In this document: positions 59,597 to 64,000 of the stretch, one piece after another
Position numbering within the stretch: position 1 is the first letter of the stretch
Layout of the letters: every line of letters starts with the position of its first letter
Assembly: GCA_965224025.1 (NCBI GenBank)
Contig: OZ245033.1
Span: 2,784,001-2,848,000 of the forward strand
Direction: 5' to 3'
DNA length: 64,000 bases
DNA from: Candidatus Multivorans sp.
Lineage (GTDB): Bacteria; Acidobacteriota; Thermoanaerobaculia; Multivoradales; Multivoraceae
The notes under the pieces: generated by a model
The model's database searches: none
Told to the model about the DNA's origin: nothing
The model's input: the letters and a program-made list of their open reading frames with translations, nothing else
Program-made: the position numbers and the translations under genes

Positions 59597-60906
59597 GCGG
59601 GGCCGGGACGAGGACGATCCGGGCGTCGTTGCGATCGGTCACCGCCGGGCTGCTGACCCTGGCCGCGGCGCTGGTCCCGGCAACGGCCGCGGCGCAGACG
59701 CTCGCGATCGAGGGCGGTACGGTGCATCCGGTCTCGGCGCCGTCCTATGTCGGCACGGTGATCGTGCGCGACGGCCTGATCGAGGCTTCGGGCCCGGAGG
59801 TCGTGGTGCCCGCCGACGCCGAAGTGATCGACGCCGCCGGGCTGCACGTCTATCCCGGCCTGCTCAACGCCTTCACCTCGGTGGGCCTGGTCGAGATCGG
59901 CTCGATCGCGGCCACGCAGGACGACAGCGAACCGGGCGACACGCCCCACCTGCGGGCGCTGGAGGCGATCCACCCCGCGAGCGAGATCATCCCGGTGACC
60001 CGGGCGAACGGCATCACGCACGTGCTGTCGGCGCCCGACGGCGGCCCCTGGGCTGGCCAGGCGTCGGCGATCCTTCTCGACGGATGGACCGTGGAGGAGA
60101 TGGCGGTCGAGCCCAGCGTGGGTATGGTGCTCGAGTGGCCCAGCCTCGCGACTCGCGAGTTCGACTTCTCGACCTTCAGCGTGCGCGAAAAGAAGTTCTC
60201 CGAGGCGAAGAAGGACTACGACCGCACGATCGAGGAACTCGCCGACTGGATCGGCGCGGCCCGCCAGTACGACCAGGCCCGGTCTGCCGCCGGCGCCGGA
60301 GCGGCGGTGGAGCAGAACCACGCCCTGGAGGCCGTCGCGAAGGTCGCCCGGGGCGAGTTGCCCCTGATCGTCGTTGCCGACCGGGCGCGCGCGATCCGGG
60401 ATGCCGCGGCGTTTGCCGAGGAGCACGAGCTGCGACTGGTGCTGGCTTCGGGACGCGACGCGGCGCAGGAAGCCGAGCTGCTCGCCGCGAAGGGCATACC
60501 GGTGATCCTGGGCGCCGTCCAGGCCCTGCCGGTGCAGGAGGACGACGCCTACGACGACCCCTTCACGTCGCCCGGTGATCTCCACCGGGCCGGCGTTCCG
60601 ATCGCCTTCGGCACCTTCGACTCGTCGAGCGCCCGGGTTCTGCCCTACGAGGTCGCCACGGCCGTCGCCCATGGTCTCGAGGGGGACGCCGCGCTGCACG
60701 CCCTGACCCTGGGCGCCGCGAAGATCCTCGGTCTCGACGACCGCCTGGGTTCGATCGACGCGGGCAAGTGGGCCAACCTGATCGTCACCGACGGCGATCC
60801 GCTCGAAGTCCGGACCTCGGTGCGCGAGGTGATCATCCGCGGCCGCTCCGTCGACCTGGCGAACCGGCACAGCCGGTCGTACGATCGATACAGCAGCCGG
60901 CCCTAG
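59593..60906 (+). CDS. Secreted amidohydrolase-family partner lacking HxH
   Basis: GTGA coupling, signal peptide, YPGLLNAFTS, LGSIDAGKWANLIV. Confidence 0.85.
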   Translation: MSGAGTRTIRASLRSVTAGLLTLAAALVPATAAAQTLAIEGGTVHPVSAPSYVGTVIVRDGLIEASGPEVVVPADAEVIDAAGLHVYPGLLNAFTSVGLVEIGSIAATQDDSEPGDTPHLRALEAIHPASEIIPVTRANGITHVLSAPDGGPWAGQASAILLDGWTVEEMAVEPSVGMVLEWPSLATREFDFSTFSVREKKFSEAKKDYDRTIEELADWIGAARQYDQARSAAGAGAAVEQNHALEAVAKVARGELPLIVVADRARAIRDAAAFAEEHELRLVLASGRDAAQEAELLAAKGIPVILGAVQALPVQEDDAYDDPFTSPGDLHRAGVPIAFGTFDSSSARVLPYEVATAVAHGLEGDAALHALTLGAAKILGLDDRLGSIDAGKWANLIVTDGDPLEVRTSVREVIIRGRSVDLANRHSRSYDRYSSRP

Positions 60907-60932
60907 TGCGCCCCCAAAGCCGCCGACTTCCC

Positions 60933-61292
60933 GTGCGCAACACAAGCGATCACGAATCTGTCCCGAGCGGCGAAACGGTGATCGTGACGCCGCATGGCGG
61001 CATTCTCACGTTCGGGGAAGTGATGGATTGGCTCGGTCTCGTCGGCACTCCGGGTGACTTTCTCTCGGGGCCCTTGCCGGAGGTGGTTGAGGTCGGGGCG
61101 GCGCCCGCCGGTCGCTACGCGGTTGCCGAGGCGCCGGCTTCGTGGAGCTACGTCGACGCGTGCTACGGGGGACTGGCTACCGATGGAGCCTGGCAGGTCC
61201 TGGTACCGGGCAGCCGGCTGGAACTCGATTTCGACTTCGGATGGGAGACCGGAACCTCACTGGCCCACTTCCCGTCGGAACTGTTTCAATAG
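60933..61292 (+). CDS. Hypothetical protein or gene remnant
   Basis: Protein-like composition fills the gap between convergent genes; no confident family. Confidence 0.35.
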   Translation: MRNTSDHESVPSGETVIVTPHGGILTFGEVMDWLGLVGTPGDFLSGPLPEVVEVGAAPAGRYAVAEAPASWSYVDACYGGLATDGAWQVLVPGSRLELDFDFGWETGTSLAHFPSELFQ

Positions 61293-61341
61293 AGTCGGTC
61301 GGGTCGCGCCCGCCGCGTTCTGGTCCGCCGCGGACGGCCTG

Positions 61342-61893
61342 CTACGGCTCCTGGCTTGAGGCCGACTCCGCTTCCTGTGCCTGGAGCAGGCTGATGACCC
61401 GCTGGGTGAGGTCAACTCGTGCGCTGGCGTGGAGCACGCCACCGATGCTGGCGTTCAGGATCAGGTCGTAGCCGCCCTCGTCGATCAACTGCTGGACGAT
61501 CGGGCGCAGCCGCTCGTTGATCTCTTGCAGCGCTTCCTCTTCCCTCTTCGACGCGCGGCGCTGGGCATCGTCAGCCAGACGCTGCGACTCCCGCTGCAGA
61601 TCCTCGATCTCGTGCTGGATGCCGCGGAGTTCGTCCGGCCCCTTGTCGGCCGCGCTCTGGCGCAGGGTCTGCTGCTGGTTGGCATTGGCTTCGAGTGCCG
61701 CCCGGGTCGTGGTCTGGACCTGTTGCAGAAACGCCGCGAGTTCCTTCCCCTCCCGCGCTTCGGCGACCACGAGTTCGACGTTGATCACGGCGATGCGAAC
61801 GCCGCCGGTTGCCGTTTCCTGGGCATACAGTGAGGGCGCGGCGGCGGCCAGTAACAGGATCTGAAGCGAACAGACTGCTAGACGACGGGTCAT
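61342..61893 (-). CDS. skp: OmpH/Skp periplasmic chaperone
   Basis: Signal peptide, RIAVINVE, coiled coil, GYDLIL, VDLTQRVI. Confidence 0.85.
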   Translation of the reverse strand: MTRRLAVCSLQILLLAAAAPSLYAQETATGGVRIAVINVELVVAEAREGKELAAFLQQVQTTTRAALEANANQQQTLRQSAADKGPDELRGIQHEIEDLQRESQRLADDAQRRASKREEEALQEINERLRPIVQQLIDEGGYDLILNASIGGVLHASARVDLTQRVISLLQAQEAESASSQEP

Positions 61894-62231
61894 TGGGACT
61901 CTCCACCTGGGGTGTAGATCGGCAGGGGGAATGGGGTGACTTTCCGGCTCTCCCGCCGTTCGAGATCGCGGATGCGGGCCGTACCCTGCTTCGTGACCTG
62001 ATCGATGCGCAGCACCGAGTGCATCGGCAGATAGGTGCGCCTCACGCCGCTGAACTCGCGCTGGAGGCGTTCTTCCGAGGGATCGACGACGACCTGGGTC
62101 TTCTCGCCGAACACGAGTTCGCCGATCTGGACAAAGCCGAGCAGACCGCCCTGGGCGACTGAGCGGGCGTACACCTCGTAAACCTCGCCCTGGCTCAGAA
62201 ACGTCACCCGGTAGATCAGGTCGTCGGACAC
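61890..62231 (-). CDS. DUF1820-like protein
   Basis: IYRVTFLSQGEVYEVYA, VVDPSEERL..EF.GV.RTYLPMHSVLRID. Confidence 0.8.
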   Translation of the reverse strand: MSDDLIYRVTFLSQGEVYEVYARSVAQGGLLGFVQIGELVFGEKTQVVVDPSEERLQREFSGVRRTYLPMHSVLRIDQVTKQGTARIRDLERRESRKVTPFPLPIYTPGGESQ

Positions 62232-62235
62232 GGGT

Positions 62236-63840
62236 TCACTTGGACTGCTGGAGTTTGGCGAAGGCGGCGGCCATGACGTTCAGGCTCTTCGAATCCGGCT
62301 GGCGTTTGCGGTAGTGCTTGTAGTCCGCCTTCGTCCCGACGAGTTGCGACCCCGGCGGCGCCAGCCCCAGACGACGGCGCTTGCGGTCGATGCTCTCGAC
62401 AATGACCTTGAGTTGGCGCCCGGGCGGGTAGGCGCGCTGCGCCTGGTTGCCCTCTGGGAGGGTGACCGCGGACATCGGCAGCAGACCGGTCAGCCCGGGC
62501 TCGAGTTCGACGAAGATGCCGAAACGCGACACCTGCTCGACCCGACCCTCGACCTCGGCGCCCTCGACGTACTGCTCGCCGAGGTTCTTCCAGGGGTCGT
62601 CCGCCGGCACCTCGCGCAGGGACAGCGCGATCCGGCGCCGCTTGGGCGTCACCTCGACGATCCAGCCCTCGACCTCCTCGCCTTCAGCGAACTCGCGTGC
62701 GCTCATCTGCTTGCCGATCGGGAGTTGGGAGGTGTGCACGAGACCGTCGAGGCCCGGCGCCAGCTCGACGAACAGGCCGAATTCGCTGTGCCGCGCCACC
62801 TTGCCCTTGAACTTGTCGCCGGCGGTGAAGTTCTTTGCCGTCTCCTTCCAGGGATCCGCCTCGAGTGCCTTCATGGACAGCGAGATGCGCGCGCTGCGCT
62901 TGCCGTTCTTCTTCTCGACCTTGGTGACCACGGCCTCTACGCGCTGTCCGACCTTCAACAGGTCGCCGGGCTCACCCGACCGGGTTCGGGAGATCTGGGT
63001 GCGGTGGACGAGGCCGCCGAGTCCGCCTCCCAGATCCACGAAGGCGCCGAAATCGGTTACTGAGGTCACCTTGCCGCTGATCGGCTCGCGGGACTCCTGC
63101 CTGGCGCGGATCTCGTCCAATGCGCGCTTGCGCTCGTTGCGGATGGCCGGTCGCCGGGTGAGCACGATCCGGCGGCCGGCCTCCTTGATCTCGAGGACGT
63201 TGAAGATGTACGTGTTGTTGACGTACTGGGCCGGAGGCTTGGGCCGGTTGCCGAGTTCAATCAGCGACCGCGGGCAGAACGTCGTGACGCCTTCCGAGAC
63301 GATGTGGAAACCGCCCTTGTTCCAGCCGATCACCTTGCCCTCGACCGGGTTCTTCGCCTCGAGCGCGGCGGCGAAGGGGATGGCGGCCGCCGCCAACTCG
63401 ACTTCCGGGGCCTCTTCGGGCTCGGCGTCCGTCTCGGTGGTTGCCGCGGACGCGGCCTCGGTCTCGTCGGGTGCGGCCTCGGCCGCAGGTTCAGGTTCCG
63501 CCTCCGGCTCGGACTCGGGTTCGTGCTCGGCCTCGGCCGTTGCCTGAGCTTCGGTGTCCGTTGGGGCCTCATCCGGTTCGGCCTCGGGCGCGGACTCGGG
63601 TTCGTGCTCGGCTTCGGCCGTTGCCTGGACTTCGGCGTCCGGTTGGGCCTCGCTCGCGGCCTCGTCCTGCTCCGTATCGGTCGACGTTTGTGCTTCGAGT
63701 CCGACGTTCTCGTTCGGCTCGGCCGTTGCTTCTACCTGGTCCATGGGCGCTTCGTCTTGACCTGGTGGGGGCGCCGGCTCAAGGGGCGCCTCGCCCTCTG
63801 CCGGCACCTGAGCGAGCTCTGGATCGTTCGTCTCTGTCAT
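62236..63840 (-). CDS. Ribosomal protein S1-like protein (four S1 domains, long acidic N-terminal tail)
   Basis: NKGGF, DFGAFVDLGG, EFGLFVEL, RFGIFVEL S1 repeats. Confidence 0.88.
   Translation of the reverse strand: MTETNDPELAQVPAEGEAPLEPAPPPGQDEAPMDQVEATAEPNENVGLEAQTSTDTEQDEAASEAQPDAEVQATAEAEHEPESAPEAEPDEAPTDTEAQATAEAEHEPESEPEAEPEPAAEAAPDETEAASAATTETDAEPEEAPEVELAAAAIPFAAALEAKNPVEGKVIGWNKGGFHIVSEGVTTFCPRSLIELGNRPKPPAQYVNNTYIFNVLEIKEAGRRIVLTRRPAIRNERKRALDEIRARQESREPISGKVTSVTDFGAFVDLGGGLGGLVHRTQISRTRSGEPGDLLKVGQRVEAVVTKVEKKNGKRSARISLSMKALEADPWKETAKNFTAGDKFKGKVARHSEFGLFVELAPGLDGLVHTSQLPIGKQMSAREFAEGEEVEGWIVEVTPKRRRIALSLREVPADDPWKNLGEQYVEGAEVEGRVEQVSRFGIFVELEPGLTGLLPMSAVTLPEGNQAQRAYPPGRQLKVIVESIDRKRRRLGLAPPGSQLVGTKADYKHYRKRQPDSKSLNVMAAAFAKLQQSK
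63511..63627 (-). repeat. 81-bp-period coding tandem repeat (QATAEAEHEPES)
   Basis: 36-bp near-identical blocks at 63511 and 63592. Confidence 0.8.
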
Positions 63841-64000
63841 GGTGCTGGAGGGAGGAAGCGGGGCCGCGGCTTCGGGCGTGGGCCGAGATTGTAGCAGTCC
63901 GCCGCGGAACAAGGTGTACCCGGGAACGGGACGGGCCCCGACGGAGCGGGGCCCGTTGTGGCCGATCGCCCAATCGGCACGGTGATGCACTCCGTCGAGC

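Noticed and set aside
60933-61292. Assignment as a SpaA/prealbumin-like surface-protein repeat (GRYAVAE..SW....C)
   Set aside because: Similarity is too short to support without a profile search; left as hypothetical

Overview
High-GC bacterial chromosomal window, probably Acidobacteriota (inferred from a VWFA-Acidobacterial-type protein and Oar-like TonB receptors). A housekeeping backbone (cinA-plsY-gpsA-guaA, lgt-thiD, nnr-tsaE, hbd-phoH-7TM/HDIG-ybeY/era fusion, sigma54-type glnA, nth, S1-like protein, skp) is interleaved with accessory DNA. The accessory DNA comprises an McrBC-like restriction pair flanked by toxin-antitoxin genes, a deletion-collapsed class I DISARM remnant next to an intact SNF2 + SWIM/H1-like/HTH gene pair, TonB receptor/sulfatase/DUF3604 uptake genes, a phd-vapC module, a tandem TlpA lipoprotein and secreted amidohydrolases. 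The most notable sequence-level signals are: (1) a three-copy two-hairpin element with compensatory base changes, translated in frame at the ends of housekeeping genes; (2) a YbeY-Era fusion; (3) the SNF2-SWIM-HTH pair in a defence island; (4) a 28-bp perfect inverted-repeat REPIN-like element; (5) recurrent leaderless-type promoters; (6) pseudogenes that decayed by clean internal deletions. No rRNA, tRNA, CRISPR array, integrase or transposase was recognised. Family assignments come from motif recognition by eye, not database searches, and several start codons were re-picked by hand.
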